A stretch of 63,337 nt of DNA, filler included, from Atractiella rhizophila (Eukaryota), in the NCBI GenBank assembly GCA_021432655.1. It is 34 parts of 34 records of this genome, joined end to end, with 100 filler letters (N's around TTAATTAATTAA, not from the genome) between each part and the next. Parts side by side here need not be neighbours in the genome. Positions count along the whole stretch, not along the records: positions 37,927 to 39,678 come from MU272869.1; positions 39,779 to 41,527 come from MU272870.1; positions 41,628 to 43,373 come from MU272871.1; positions 43,474 to 45,218 come from MU272872.1; positions 45,319 to 47,059 come from MU272873.1; positions 47,160 to 48,892 come from MU272874.1; positions 48,993 to 50,722 come from MU272875.1; positions 50,823 to 52,535 come from MU272876.1; 26 more parts are not named here. One strand, 5' to 3'. The position numbers and the translations under genes are program-made. This document shows, piece after piece, positions 39,576-52,014 of the stretch; position 1 is the stretch's first letter; each line of letters starts with the position of its first letter. Below the pieces are notes generated by a model. It was not told the DNA's origin and did not search any database. It worked only from the letters and a program-made list of their open reading frames with translations.

Positions 39576-40682
39576 GATCTATGGTATCAACAATCTATTT
39601 AATGCTGGTATCTATCTCACTCTCCAACTAACGGTCTAGAAGAAGGGGTAGGTCGATTTCGTTGCTTATAAGGGCTGANNNNNNNNNNNNNNNNNNNNNN
39701 NNNNNNNNNNNNNNNNNNNNNNTTAATTAATTAANNNNNNNNNNNNNNNNNNNNNNNNNNNNNNNNNNNNNNNNNNNNATTTGGAGCATTTTCAGCAATG
39801 ACGAATGGAGGCTCTAATTTTCCCCAGCATTCAAGTTAGAACTACAGTCAGCTTTATAGATGGCAACAGACTTACTTATAATCTAAATGTTATGCAAACT
39901 TCATCATAGGTGCTTTCTGAGCTGTCTTGATTCGATTGAGGCAACGAGAATTTCCGCCGAAAAAGGCAGGTGCGCAGAATCATCATCATCATCATCAACT
40001 ACGCTGCGTCCAAAAAGAATTGAAAAGAGTCAAAAAAGAAGACCCCAGCTTCGGCACACTATAGCATTGCAGGTATGAGAGCGTTGTCTATCAAACTCTA
40101 TATTTACGTGGATGAGACCTTGTGTGAGGTTTACCAAGTGGTCCGGTGCTAATTAATGAGAGAATGAAAGAGAAATGACGCGCTGTTCAATATCTATGTG
40201 AAATTTTAGCAATGTTTGTTCAATTTCTACGTAACCCATAGTAGTAGCGAAAACAGGATCTAGCCAGTCTTGTCTTCTGGTGGAACCCCTCATCTCACAC
40301 CCTACTCTCGCTCCTCCCCCTCCTACTCCTAGTTATTCTGTTGGAAGTGTCTGAGAGAACATATCAAGAAGGGAGAAGCTACACTGTGAGTGTTTCATCT
40401 TTGGTTTGCTTTGGAGTCCCACTTTGTTGGACTCTGATGGTTCTGCCCTTTCCTGTTGATGTTGGTCCCACCTTCATCCCTAACCCTGACCGTGAATCCA
40501 CCATTGACACTTCTTCACAAAGCTCGAAAGGTCTCTTTGTAACGAGTCGCATGGTTCATTTCTAGTGCTTTGCCTATGAGACTGTACCATGTGAGTGAGG
40601 TCAATGTTTGCCCAAGCACATGAAACGAGGAATATCAGGCGTCACCCACGATGACGTCGTGAATGTTTCCCGACGCCTTGGT

Positions 40683-40880
40683 CTATCGGCAGCCTGCCAT
40701 GATATTTCCCATGGATCTGACAGAGTTTGCTCTCCCCTGTGGATCTCCCGTCGCAATGTACAGCTCCTCCACCTGCTTGAATCGCTCCAGCGCTTCGTCG
40801 TTCCTCCCGCATCGGAAATCGATCTTTGCAATGGCTTGGACACAGTCTGCTCGGTTTCTAATGTCTATACTGTTCTTCAT
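40683..40880 (-). pseudogene. Isolated TPR-repeat fragment homologous to 3856-4140
   Basis: RADCVQAIAKIDFRCGRNDEALERFKQVEELYIATGDPQGRANSVRSMG; strong nucleotide similarity to 3856-4000 (e.g. TGCGGGAGGAACGA.GAAGCGCTGGAGCGATTCAAG). Confidence 0.7.
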
Positions 40881-41015
40881 GGAGTCGCTTTTGACGATAG
40901 CTGGATGATCTTACCGTGTTGATCACCGAAGACCGTATGAGTATTTTTTGGGTAGAACTGAGCCGGATTGACGGGAGTGTGCAGGGTTACTGTTAGAGAG
41001 CTCCGAGCTGGGGGA

Positions 41016-41527
41016 TCAGTCAGTGGAGGTTGTGCCGCACTGGGTGCTGGAATGCTGGCTTGATGTTCGGATCGATGTAGGGGCAGGCGGAAGTGTAACA
41101 GGAGTAGGTGCTTGTTCATAGGGGAGCCAGGTTGTTGGGTCAATGAGATAGAATCCATGCTCAATTGTGGGAGGTTCCTCTGGATTGGATGGGTGATCAG
41201 AGTCGTCATTGTTGTTAGAATGGCTGGGTGAGCTGGTGAGGGCAAGTTCAAGGTCCGGAGGAATACAATCTGGCAACGGTGTTCTAGACGAGGTTTGACG
41301 GGCAGGAGCAAAGTCAGCTTCCGCAAAGTGATTTCGACTCACAAATTCCCTTCCGGAGTGGTCATGGACTAAGAGTCCGGTAGCTGCCCAAGCACTGACA
41401 ATGGTTGAAGCCTTCATTCCTTCATCATGCCATCATAAGTACCTCTCGATAAGATTTCTCTTGGAGACTTCATGACCATCCTCCAACATATCATCCGTTA
41501 CGTCGCTCCAAGCTTTTCCAATTGGCC
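41016..41527 (-). mobile_element. pogo/Fot1 (DDE_1) transposase C-terminal relic
   Basis: PIGKAWSDV...VSKRNLIERYL*WHDEGMKASTIVSAWAATGL...ADFAPA, resembling the region after the DDE_1 core; in-frame TGA. Confidence 0.6.
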
Positions 41528-41627
41528 NNNNNNNNNNNNNNNNNNNNNNNNNNNNNNNNNNNNNNNNNNNNTTAATTAATTAANNNNNNNNNNNNNNNNN
41601 NNNNNNNNNNNNNNNNNNNNNNNNNNN

Positions 41628-42062
41628 ACTTCGACCAACTCCTTCAGTCTTCACATTCATCTCCATCATAGTGTGTGGTCGTGGTTCCTCGCCGACAAGT
41701 GCACGCGACTGGACGTGGTGCTCGGGAATGTGATGGTGAGTGTGTGGTGCGGACGTAGCGTTGTCGAGACGACTTTGAGGAGAACCTGCGAAGTTGGAAG
41801 AGTGTGTATAGCTAAGAGGCCCGAGTGCAGCGGTGTTCTGGTGAGAAGATGGGTGTGGAGTGTTGCTCCCATTCGAAGGACGATGTGAGTTCTCTTGGGT
41901 GACACCAGCACTTAAGATGGACGCTTGTGAACCCTCCGGTTGAGCGGAGGGACCTTGAACCGCATCATTATAAGCGGGAGGTGCTTGAAGAGATGTTGTG
42001 AAGTCGTCGAGCCGTTCAACGGCCGCGTTGTATCTTTGCACCTTTGCATTGGACGCAACCAT
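41628..42062 (-). CDS. Hypothetical protein, N-terminal fragment
   Basis: Open from ATG 42062 to the contig end; Ser/Pro/His-rich; no family recognised. Confidence 0.4.
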
Positions 42063-43501
42063 GGACGTTACGCTCTCAGGCTCAGTCTGAGGAAGAAATT
42101 AGCCATATATCCATATATTAGGATAAGCGAGAACTTGCTGGAAACAAAGGATTGGTATCAGCAGCAACATCTTTGGTAATCATTTTGAAGTCAGTGGAGA
42201 AAAGGAAGAAAACTTGGGACGAGCTGTCCTTTTACGCTCGGGCTTGCGATGGGGGAGCAGAATAAACTGTGTATTGTAATTAGCAAGTAACGCTACTTCG
42301 CGGGTTTTCGCAATGGGGCAATTATGTATCGCTGACATTTGCCGACACTACCCATGTGTAGCCCTGTTTGGTCCTGTATCCCCTCCATGACCGCAAGGCA
42401 CCCGTCGGAACAAGGAGTATTTGTCAGAACGCCGATAGGTTGCGCCAGCTAAGCAAAGGGAGCACATGAGGAAAAGCAGAAGGAGGAGAGGATAAGAATT
42501 TAGGCAATTTAGGCATTTGTTACTCAACAGGAAGGTGTGGACAGCAAAGGCTCTCTTTTTCCTTTCCATTCCGCATATAGGGTTAGGGTTGTGTTCCTGT
42601 TCCACAAGCAAATTTGACCGCCATCGCGTTGTGAAGCAGGAACTGCACTGGTGAGTGACAGAAGTTTTTGGTTTCCTATCAACTTATGATGATGATGCCC
42701 TAATTTTCTTCCACCCATCTTGCTTTCTAATGTTAGGAAGTAAAGAATTTAATGTATGACAGGGCCTGAGCCTGAGGTGATGTTTCCAATTTCCTAATCA
42801 ACAAGGGAACTGGTAACCAGTCTCTACTGTAATATTTTAACTTGGTACCTGAGATACAGGCAACATTATTATCATTTCGCACCTGATTAAATCAACCAAA
42901 AGAAATGATCCTGTTAAAAGGTTATTTTGGTATAATCCACATCATCAGTTTATAAAACCTATGTAAACATTCTACTCTTCTATCTCTTCTATGGCGAATT
43001 AATAACACAACGATATGAGGCTCTAGCCACATCTAATAATAGTTAGATGATATTTTACTTGTTTCACTTTTGTTATAACTCTTACCGGAAAATTACCCGG
43101 TTATTATACTTATCAGATGGCACTACTCTTGAACTAGTAAATTAGTATGTTCATCTTCTCATGAATAAGATATAGCAAATGACAGTACCTCCTTGCTTCT
43201 GTATGATTACAATGGTGGCGCTGTAGATTTGACTATCCAAACCATATCAAGGTTAAACCACAACTTTACAGATTTACTCTTATCTAAAAAGAGAAGAAGT
43301 AGATAGTGTTACAGTATTATGATTAATGTTGATAGTATTGATTATAAATATATTATTATGACAAAATGTGGCTNNNNNNNNNNNNNNNNNNNNNNNNNNN
43401 NNNNNNNNNNNNNNNNNTTAATTAATTAANNNNNNNNNNNNNNNNNNNNNNNNNNNNNNNNNNNNNNNNNNNNGGGAATGGAGGATGGTGGTGCGGTGAA
43501 G

Positions 43502-43840
43502 TGAGGGGGAGTGTTGGAAATGGGTTATGAAAACAACGGGACGTAATCGGTGTTTGCCGTGTTTGCCGTGCGTTCCGAAGCAGAGGCAAACATGTGGCAC
43601 TTCACCGCAAGACCGGTACTATAAAGGAACACCTGCGAAGTCTCTTCCGTTTTTCCCCAATCACTTTATCATCTATTTCATTGTGCTCACGTTTGTGTGA
43701 TTGGGGACATTTTAGGTATGTTTGTATGCATTGCAATAAATCACTTTATCATCTATTTCATCGTGCTCACGTTTGTGTGATTGAGGACATTTTAGCCCAA
43801 GCCAAATTCTCATTCTGCCCTAGTTTTGCTTGTCCACAAC
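43502..43840 (+). mobile_element. Copia-type polypurine tract plus 3' LTR; right end approximate
   Basis: TGAGGGGGAG immediately followed by TGTTG at 43512; TATAAA at 43620; internal duplication; the terminal CA is not clearly resolved. Confidence 0.7.
43659..43795 (+). repeat. 57-bp direct repeat, two copies (period 80), inside the LTR
   Basis: AATCACTTTATCATCTATTTCAT(T/C)GTGCTCACGTTTGTGTGATTG(G/A)GGACATTTTAG at 43659-43715 and 43739-43795. Confidence 0.95.
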
Positions 43841-44211
43841 GATTGAGCAATGCTGAAGACACAGCAGTGCAAGAATATGATCACAGTTTGAACACGATGG
43901 TATGCCTTTCCAATCAACTTCCAGTACCTACAAGCATTTTACTGACATTGGACAAGAATCTTGAAAAGGGACACTGTTCCGGCTAGGTGCTCTCCCAAAA
44001 CGAACCAAAACTGTAATATCCAAGACGTTGTGATATTCATCTTCACGATCCATGGAGGGCTAGGTTCCAGAATGTCCTTCTATCAATCTACAGTGACATT
44101 TAATGGGAAATCGTTGTGCAGAAGATTAAAGAGATTTGATTTTAGGCAAAGCCTCAAAAAGCTGGATCCTGAGAGTATACGCCGGTGCGCTAGCGAATAC
44201 ACCTGTACGTC

Positions 44212-45218
44212 TCACTGCTTGGCTCCTATGAGACGGCTCATCCGCTCTTTGTCCATCTTCACAGCACGCCTCCAAAGTTCCTCAGTCAGATTCTTCTCTC
44301 CTAGTGAAAGAGTGAGGAGTCTACGCCAACCGGGAAATCGGATCAGTGAATGAAGGGAAGGGAAGGGAAAGGAGCAGTGAGATGAAGCAAACCGCATAAG
44401 TGTGATACGCCTCCCCAGATCTCCCTCCACCACCTGCACAACGTTCTCCTTCCTCCATGACGTGAAATCTGACGCAATTGTCTGACTCCCAGAAAACCGT
44501 CGACGTGTGTAGATGGTTTTCAGGTAGCTGACTTACTTCGCTTAGTGTTGGCGATAGTTCCACCACTTTATCATTCGCGCTGCTGGAGAGATGCTGAATA
44601 TAACCTCGAAGTCTGTCTAGGGACTCTCCACTTCTAACCTCATGTTGCATCGGTGAATCGGAAGGTGAGACAGAAACAACAGCGTCTGTCTGGGCTACCC
44701 ATTAATTTGCACTTGCATGAGGACAAGGTGACACCTACAACAACGATCGGTGTCCCGTGCGAGAGCACAATGAACCCAATATCTGTGGGGAAAGAAAAGG
44801 ATGAGAAAGGGAAGGTATAGTCCAGTTTCTGTTCTCTGACAGCAGTCTGAAGCGCGTGGAGATTCTTTAAACCTGTACCGTAACATGTCAACAAACCGTG
44901 TACGATTTCAGGAGAGGAAGGCGTGCCTCCTTCGTTCAGTGCCCCTTCAGACAAGTGCGTCATGTCCACGCCTACAATCTGGCCGTCTGGCACTTGCAAT
45001 AAACCTTTTGTTAAGGAATCACCGTCGGAGATGGGAGAAAGTTTGATTGATGGATTGTTAAGATACCCAAGGGAGGTATGTAGCGTAAAGAAGCGCGGAA
45101 GAAGCTGAGCCAACGACTCGAATATAGGCGGGACGTGTGTTGTTGCGGTAGGGAGGGACAGTGCAATAGAAAGACGGCCGAGGGGTGGTGATCGAGTGTG
45201 TCTGAATACTCTGTCAGA
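44212..45218 (-). CDS. Mini-chromosome maintenance complex-binding protein (MCM-BP/Mcb1), 5' truncated
   Basis: LTKGLLQVPDG, LSEGALNEGG-LKNLHAL, QKLDYTFPFSSFSFPTDIGFIVLS, DLGRRITLMR, EELWRRAVKMDKER. Confidence 0.85.
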
Positions 45219-45318
45219 NNNNNNNNNNNNNNNNNNNNNNNNNNNNNNNNNNNNNNNNNNNNTTAATTAATTAANNNNNNNNNNNNNNNNNNNNNNNNNN
45301 NNNNNNNNNNNNNNNNNN

Positions 45319-46208
45319 CAACAGGTCCCCTAATGACCTTGAGCGTAGCTCAGCGACAAGAGCGCGAGTGTAGGGGCTATATCTGAGCACTATGCACAAT
45401 CATATCAGATTTCACTACTCGCCCGAAGGAAGAGCAGGGACGACCGTGTCCTGTATTTAACTCCTCATTTATCACGATTCGAAGTATTGAATAGAATGGA
45501 CTAACCGACGCCAAAGATGATTCCCGCCTCTTTTACCCTTTCCCCCATCTCCACACATTCCTCCGCAGATGTGGCCAAAGGTTTCTCGCAGAGAATATGA
45601 TCTGATCTCCCTTTGTTGTCAGCCGAAAGTTTAAGCAAAATGAAAGAGTCGCACAACCACGTGCAGCAAAAGCAATCACGACCTCTCGATGCAAGTGATC
45701 TTGAACCGCAACCACCACAGCATCTGCAACTCTAGTAGGAGAGGATTGTAGGAGGTCTGCCCAACTGCTGAACTGAGCGGAAGATTCCAGGGAACAAGTT
45801 GCTGCGATGCGGGCGAGTCGTTCGGGGATTGGGTCAGCAACCGCCACCTGCATGCCCATCATTAATCAATGTCAAGGATTGAAGAGGAACAAAACTGCCA
45901 GAGTCGCTTCTTTCGGATGGTCAAGCACATATTTTGCGAAACCCTGTTGATGGATCAACTTTAGCTCACTTTGTGCAAGCGAGAACACAATGGAAAACTC
46001 ACCCATCCGCGCTGCCCACAACCCACAATCACAACCTAACACCAAATGAAAGATCAAATCTGTGAATCTCTGAAAGATCAGGGTGTACCGTCGCCGGAGG
46101 TTCCAAATCCTGGTCTTCATCCAGGGCTACCTCCGCATTCTGCAACTCGTCAGTAGTCGGCGCTACCATAGCTTCCGGACCTTTGTGGCGATAAAATGCC
46201 TGGCTCAT
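45319..46208 (-). CDS. Gfo/Idh/MocA family NAD(P)-dependent oxidoreductase, 3' truncated
   Basis: VVIVGCGQRG, VAVADP, ADAVVVAVQDHLH, HILCEKPLATS, VLRYSPY; multi-exon. Confidence 0.9.
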
Positions 46209-46478
46209 TCGATCTTTCAAAGTCATGATCAACTATTAGGTGGATGGGGAGATGATAGGACAACGGCGAAGTTATAAAGGGTCACTCTCGGTGGGTAGTC
46301 ACACTCTAGTCATCGCCTTTGAAATTTGAGGGTTGAACTAACGTGTCATGATGTTCCATTGTGGCTGCAGACATCTGGATTTTCGAAAAAGCGGAACGCC
46401 ACGCGAGGACCGAGACTTGGACTGAGGGGCGCTGTGGGACAGACGACTTGGACACCTTCGACGATTCTATAAATTCTG

Positions 46479-47059
46479 TTAATTGCCGATGTCTCTACCT
46501 CCTAACAACACGACGGTTTTATCGTAGACCATGAACACTATGCCGCCGCTCATCTGTTGCCCAACATCCAACAGCACATCAGCGTGAGAATACTCGACTC
46601 CATCTCAACAATCAGGTAAGGGAGATGTAACGAACCGCAACCCTCGCCAATCTTGGAGTGGCCCCTTTCCAAAATTTCAGCACTCCCTCTTCAGTCAATA
46701 TCCGCCAAGCACAATGAAACGAGTTTTTATAGTTCTTTTTCGCGTCCAGCGTCTGCATCCGCGTCTTCACCACATCCAGCGGCATGGTGGCGTAGACGGT
46801 TATCGTCCCTGAGAGTACCCCAATGCCAAATAGCACACTGGAAGGCATAGTTTGCCCAGGTCGCATGTTACCTTGGACCATTGACTAGTAATCAACTGTT
46901 AGAAGAAGGAATATGGGAGGACGCGAGAGAACCTTGAGACTACTGTATGTCGAGAATCGAACCTGGAAGTTCATGAACGACGAGGGTCTCGGCCTGTTAA
47001 GAAAGAACGTACAGCTGAATTGGCTGCTTGACGCGCCATCTAATCTCATCTGCAAGTCA
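46479..47059 (-). CDS. CTP1: Mitochondrial citrate carrier, 5' truncated
   Basis: RQAANSAVRFSTYSSLK, TVYATMPLDVVKTRMQ, FWKGATPRLAR, SGGIVFMVYD. Confidence 0.9.
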
Positions 47060-47159
47060 NNNNNNNNNNNNNNNNNNNNNNNNNNNNNNNNNNNNNNNNN
47101 NNNTTAATTAATTAANNNNNNNNNNNNNNNNNNNNNNNNNNNNNNNNNNNNNNNNNNNN

Positions 47160-48892
47160 TCCCTCTCCATCATGGTTTGGACTATACTGGCAGCGATCTC
47201 GTCATTACAGGAGCCCATGAATACGAATCCAAGAGCAAGGGTAGCCATTGACGCGACCTCCATTGACACGGTTGTATCCGAAGCGAACGGAGTCAGCAAT
47301 TCTGATACTGTCTCATTATTTGAGCCTGCATAAGCCACGCCTAGACTAAAATCAATTCAGCATGCTGGCAATATCTCTAGATAAAAGTCTACCCGACGAT
47401 TGCTGCGACTTTCGTTGGCACATGTTTGTCGTCGAGCTTATCGCCTAATAAAGCAAGGGCAGCCTCATTCTCATTCTTGACGCTTGCAGTAATAAGACCG
47501 TTCGCCAAAGTGGCCCCAGCCTGAAAAATCTCAATGGGACGCCAAAGAGTAAGGAGAAATTACCTTGATGTTGTCGTCTTCGACATAGGTATAGTTGTCG
47601 ATGTAACCCATACCGACATCGACATCCCAGAGGCACAAGAGTCCAAGGGATGCCGCCGCCGCCATCATACCTAACTCTAACGTGAGAAGAAAAATTGATT
47701 AAACGAGGTATGAACCAACCAGCATCTTTATTTTTATAGATCCAACTCTGTCCTTCGGGTGCTTCGACCATCAGTTTGTCATTACCAAATCCTGCGTTCA
47801 CGAAAGCGTTGACAAAAGTGTCAGCTAGATTTTGAAGCGCTGAATCAACTTTGGTGGTTGTGCCTGCTCGAATGGTGAGGGGACAAGGGTACGAGCTAGC
47901 TGACACCTACGCGAATTCTCCAGATGGCTCTTGTAAACATCTTCTGGTACTTTGGCATCCACGACATTCAGCTCTTTGGCGAAAGCCTTGAAATCTTCTG
48001 CAAGTTTTGCATTGTTCAAGATCTCTCCAACCTTCTCGTCGTTACTGGTCAAGGGCACGCCGTGCCGTGCCAGGACATATGCTAGTTGACGTTTCATGGT
48101 GCTGTAGAAGACTTGAAGTCATGGTTTTTCGTTTGAACGGGAACATACGAGCTTTTGGGAGATTCGAAATCCTCCTCAACAAGTGATCGATCACCTAACC
48201 GAATCGAAAGCACCAGGGCTTCCATGAAGCGGTCGTGCTTTCGGTAAATCTCGCGCGCAGTTTTCATGACTTCTGCATCTTCTGGCGGCGGGAGGTAGTT
48301 GACGCAACTGATGAGATATAATCCTACTCGAGCAAACGTGTCCTCCGTGACAAAGGGGATGATTGTGCCTATCGTTTCAAGCTCGAGGAGCAGGTCGCAG
48401 GCATCTGATTCAGCATTGTGGGAAAGGAGGAAGGGAAGGAGGCGCTTGCTGAGCTCCAGCAAATCTTGAGTGGAGACGTCCCTCTCTTCTTCACCTGAAC
48501 CTTCCTCCTGGCTCGCCCTCTCTTGCTGCCGGCTCACGTACTCTTCCCCAATCTCAGCTGCTAAATGCCGCACGTATTCATGTCCCCAAACTCCAGGATC
48601 TTCATCGCTCCCACCCTTCAAACGGTACTTGAGTGTTTCCCGGCGACCTTCGTCAGAATAAGTCATCGCGAGCACAGAAAGGATGTCAGCGAGAAGGTTT
48701 TTGTCTGCATTGGGGACTGGGGTTGAAGACGATGGCCACGAGTTATAAACGCTTTGTAAGGATGGATAGTGCGGTCGAAGGAACTTAAGAGGTTTGGGGA
48801 CTGAGGTCATGGAGGATGTCGAGGTGCGAATAAGGGTGCGGAGTGATTCCAGTGCAGGACGATGGAGGCTGCTATCGCTTTCCTGCAATTCT
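47160..48892 (-). CDS. RPN1: 26S proteasome regulatory subunit Rpn1 (PSMD2), internal fragment
   Basis: [75 protein letters not shown]. Confidence 0.97.
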
Positions 48893-48992
48893 NNNNNNNN
48901 NNNNNNNNNNNNNNNNNNNNNNNNNNNNNNNNNNNNTTAATTAATTAANNNNNNNNNNNNNNNNNNNNNNNNNNNNNNNNNNNNNNNNNNNN

Positions 48993-49235
48993 TGAACGAC
49001 AGGGAGCAGGGGAGACAACCAGAGGGTCACGTGGAACGTGTAGAGAGCGACGGGAGATATGACGAAGAGGGAGGCGACGTAGAACGAGAACTGGAAGAGC
49101 GACGGCTCGGAGCGTTTGAAGATTTGGTGTACCAACTGTTTCCCGCTTCTAGATCAGATGCTGTAATGAGGCAAGAAGCATTAGACGAACGAGGCCAGTG
49201 AGGGCTGCGTAAGCGAGCAATTGATTGACCTCCAT
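48993..49235 (-). CDS. Probable cytochrome P450 N-terminal membrane anchor, truncated
   Basis: Spliced MEVNQLLAYAALTGL|LVHQIFKRSEPSLFQFSFYV resembles the HxxFKRxEP N-terminus of basidiomycete P450s; the catalytic domain is not on the contig. Confidence 0.45.
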
Positions 49236-50038
49236 CGTTGGTCGTTAGAAGGTGTTCAGGAAACACGAAGAGGGCGAGAGAAACGAGGTACATTCTTTTG
49301 AGCTCGCTCCCTTTCAACGAGTGAATGTGGGTGTATTGATTGGGTTTGGAAGAACGTAATTCAACTAAACCTTACATAAAGTTACAATTACACGTTTTCT
49401 GTCTGATCTGCTCTAATGTTCCGTCGTGCTTCTTGTCTTCTCTGACTTCTTCTCTTTGTCTTCCTGATCTTCTTATGGGCCTTCTTCCGCTGCGTTGTTA
49501 TTTGTCATCATGATGTGCTTGACAGGCTGAAAGCATGGAAGCATGCACAAGAGTCACCTTAGGATGGGAGAGGGCAGCAAACTCAAAGTTTGCTGTCCCA
49601 GGCTAGGGTAACGCATTACTTTCTAAACCCAACTTTGTGCAAAATGATCTCTAAATTATCCTTCCTTTTCGCTCTTCTGCCTTAACCACTCCTGCAGCTC
49701 CAATGCGCAACCCAGGCGCTATTCATGTCAGTAATATCATAATAAGCTTCATACCGTTCGTGTTGCTGCCCAGCCTGGTCCATTCAACTTTACTTGATTT
49801 CCTTTACTAGTAACCGTCTTATGCGTTCGACGTTCCCTGCCCTCCCGTTGCAACCCAATCCAAGCAACCTTTTTCCCACCCTTAAATCCATCGAAACGGT
49901 CTCATTCATTTACCTCTGCGCCTATAAAGCCTTGACTGTTGACACCACCCCATTCAAGCCCATGAGGCGTGTCCCAGGCTCACTTTCATTGAAAGTCGTA
50001 TCTCCCTCCATTCTTCTATAGGGAAATAGTGACCCAAG

Positions 50039-50722
50039 ATGTCGACTACTGCTCCTCCTGATCCTGCCGCTCTAGAGGCCATCTTCAAAAAACTCGAGAA
50101 GGATTTAGACGTCTCCAGGTTCGTCCGTTCTTTCTTTCAGCGTTCGCACGCTCGAACAATTCCTCCCCTCATTCATTTGACTTCTGGTGGAACTGACATG
50201 CTCTTTGTGGGACAGGGTCTACTTCATTTGGTTCGTTTCCTTCCAGCTGTGGAATTTAGCAAGAGAATGACACCAAACGATGTTTCAGTTGCATGAGGTT
50301 CGTCCTCGTCCCTCTCCGTGACGAACTTGATTATTGACGAGCTTGTTGGAGAGCAGCGTCCTCATCTGGGATTGGATTGTCACTTTGTAGGCGCTTCGGC
50401 TCGTCCACGAAGATAGACACATTGACTGTGACACCAGCCCTAGCGAATACAAGTACATCTGGAGAACGCCTTGGTCCATTGCGAAAGTTCTGTTCCTTTT
50501 CAACCGCTATTACACTCTGGCTGTGGTCTGTCCTTTCCATTCATTTTACAATCAAGAGGCTGATTCCAGTTCTGGTCCCCAATAGATGACTTGGCTCCAG
50601 GTCCTCTGGTGGGCTCCTGTGCGTCTTCAGCTTATGCTCCTGTCTCCGTCCTCAATGGATGAGTTCCAGCTACCTCGATCCTTCTGCAACAAGGTGTTTC
50701 TCACGGAACCCTTCCTCACCAC
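50039..50722 (+). CDS. DUF6533-like basidiomycete membrane protein, 3' truncated
   Basis: Spliced: SRVYFICCMSVLIWDWIVTFPSEYKYIWRTPWSIAKVLFLFNRYYTL. Confidence 0.85.
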
Positions 50723-50822
50723 NNNNNNNNNNNNNNNNNNNNNNNNNNNNNNNNNNNNNNNNNNNNTTAATTAATTAANNNNNNNNNNNNNNNNNNNNNN
50801 NNNNNNNNNNNNNNNNNNNNNN

Positions 50823-52014
50823 CAAGAGGACTGAATGCACTGTTGCGGAGTCAGACAATGTAAATATAATGTGAGTTGATGCTCTGCTTTGTTAATATCC
50901 CCTCAATGCTAATAATCCTTATACATCGTGATAGCTAGCTCTCAGGCCTCGCATTCGATGTACTCACGCCTGAGATACAATGGATAATGACGAAGTAATA
51001 TGGAATCATATGTTTGACATATATAGGGTGTGTATTTTTTCCTTCGCTTTTTTTTGATGTTTGCTCACTCTTATTACGCATTATACGTAGTAATATCTAG
51101 CCCCCAAGCCCATCGCTCCTCGCCCTCACGTCTAACATACAATGGCAATGGATAATAGCGAAGCAATGAGGAATTGCGTTTTTGATGTATATGAAGTGCG
51201 TGTTTTGTCCTCTGCTTTTTTTAATATTCGCTCGTTCTCAATAGACATTATACGTCGTTGAAGCTACATCTTAGGCCTCCCATTCGCGCTACTCGCGTCT
51301 AAAATATGATGGATAATGGCGAAGCAATGAGGAGTTGCGGATGTATATGAGGTGCGTATTTTGTCCTCCGCTTTTTTAATATTCGCTCGGTCTCAATACA
51401 CATTATACGTCGTTGAAGATACATCTCAGGCCTCCCATTCGCGCTACTCACGTCTAAAATACGATAGATAATGGCGAAGCAATGCGGAATTGCATTTTTT
51501 GATGTATATGAGGTGTGTGTTTTGTCTTCCGCTTTTTTAATGTTCACTCATCGTTATTACATGTTATACAGGGCAACAACAGCATCACATACGTTGCGTT
51601 CAAGCGACTTAACAGGAAAACACATTGGGTATTGATGTCGGAAGGTGCGATCACATTTCAAGTTTCAACATACCCATACCTTTATTTATTTATTTTTTTG
51701 CTTCAGAGACAGACACATTCCTTTTCATAGACACTGGATCAGTCTAAATTATGTCCATGATGAAGCATTAATCATTACTACGTTTTTGCATTCCATAATA
51801 TTCGATGGCGACCAATTTTGTGCTTGCAGCCTGATGCGGTGCAAATCTCCATGAAATTGAGCGCAAAACCCTCGGGGCGACCAGTTTGCCGGGTCGTTCG
51901 TCGCCCCTCGGTTTGCGAAGGCGACCGAAGATTTGCGCACAAACAGGTAGACCAGTTTTGGAGCAGGTTTTAACGCCGACATCGCCGACCCTTGAAGCGA
52001 CGGGTCCTCTCTAG
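50823..52014 (+). mobile_element. Probable non-autonomous Helitron 3' end
   Basis: Hairpin GACCC-TTGAAGCGAC-GGGTC (51987-52006), then CTCT-CTAG (52011-52014) and T, downstream of the minisatellite. Confidence 0.6.
50941..51570 (+). repeat. Minisatellite of about 4 degenerate copies of a ~155-165 bp unit
   Basis: Units start near 50942, 51100, 51271 and 51426, sharing AGGCCTCCCATTCGCGCTACTC..ATGGATAATGGCGAAGCAATG..GATGTATATGAGGTG..CATTATACGT. Confidence 0.92.

Noticed and set aside
40339..40520. Solo LTR starting TGTTGGAAG
   Set aside because: No matching terminal inverted end or target-site duplication found.
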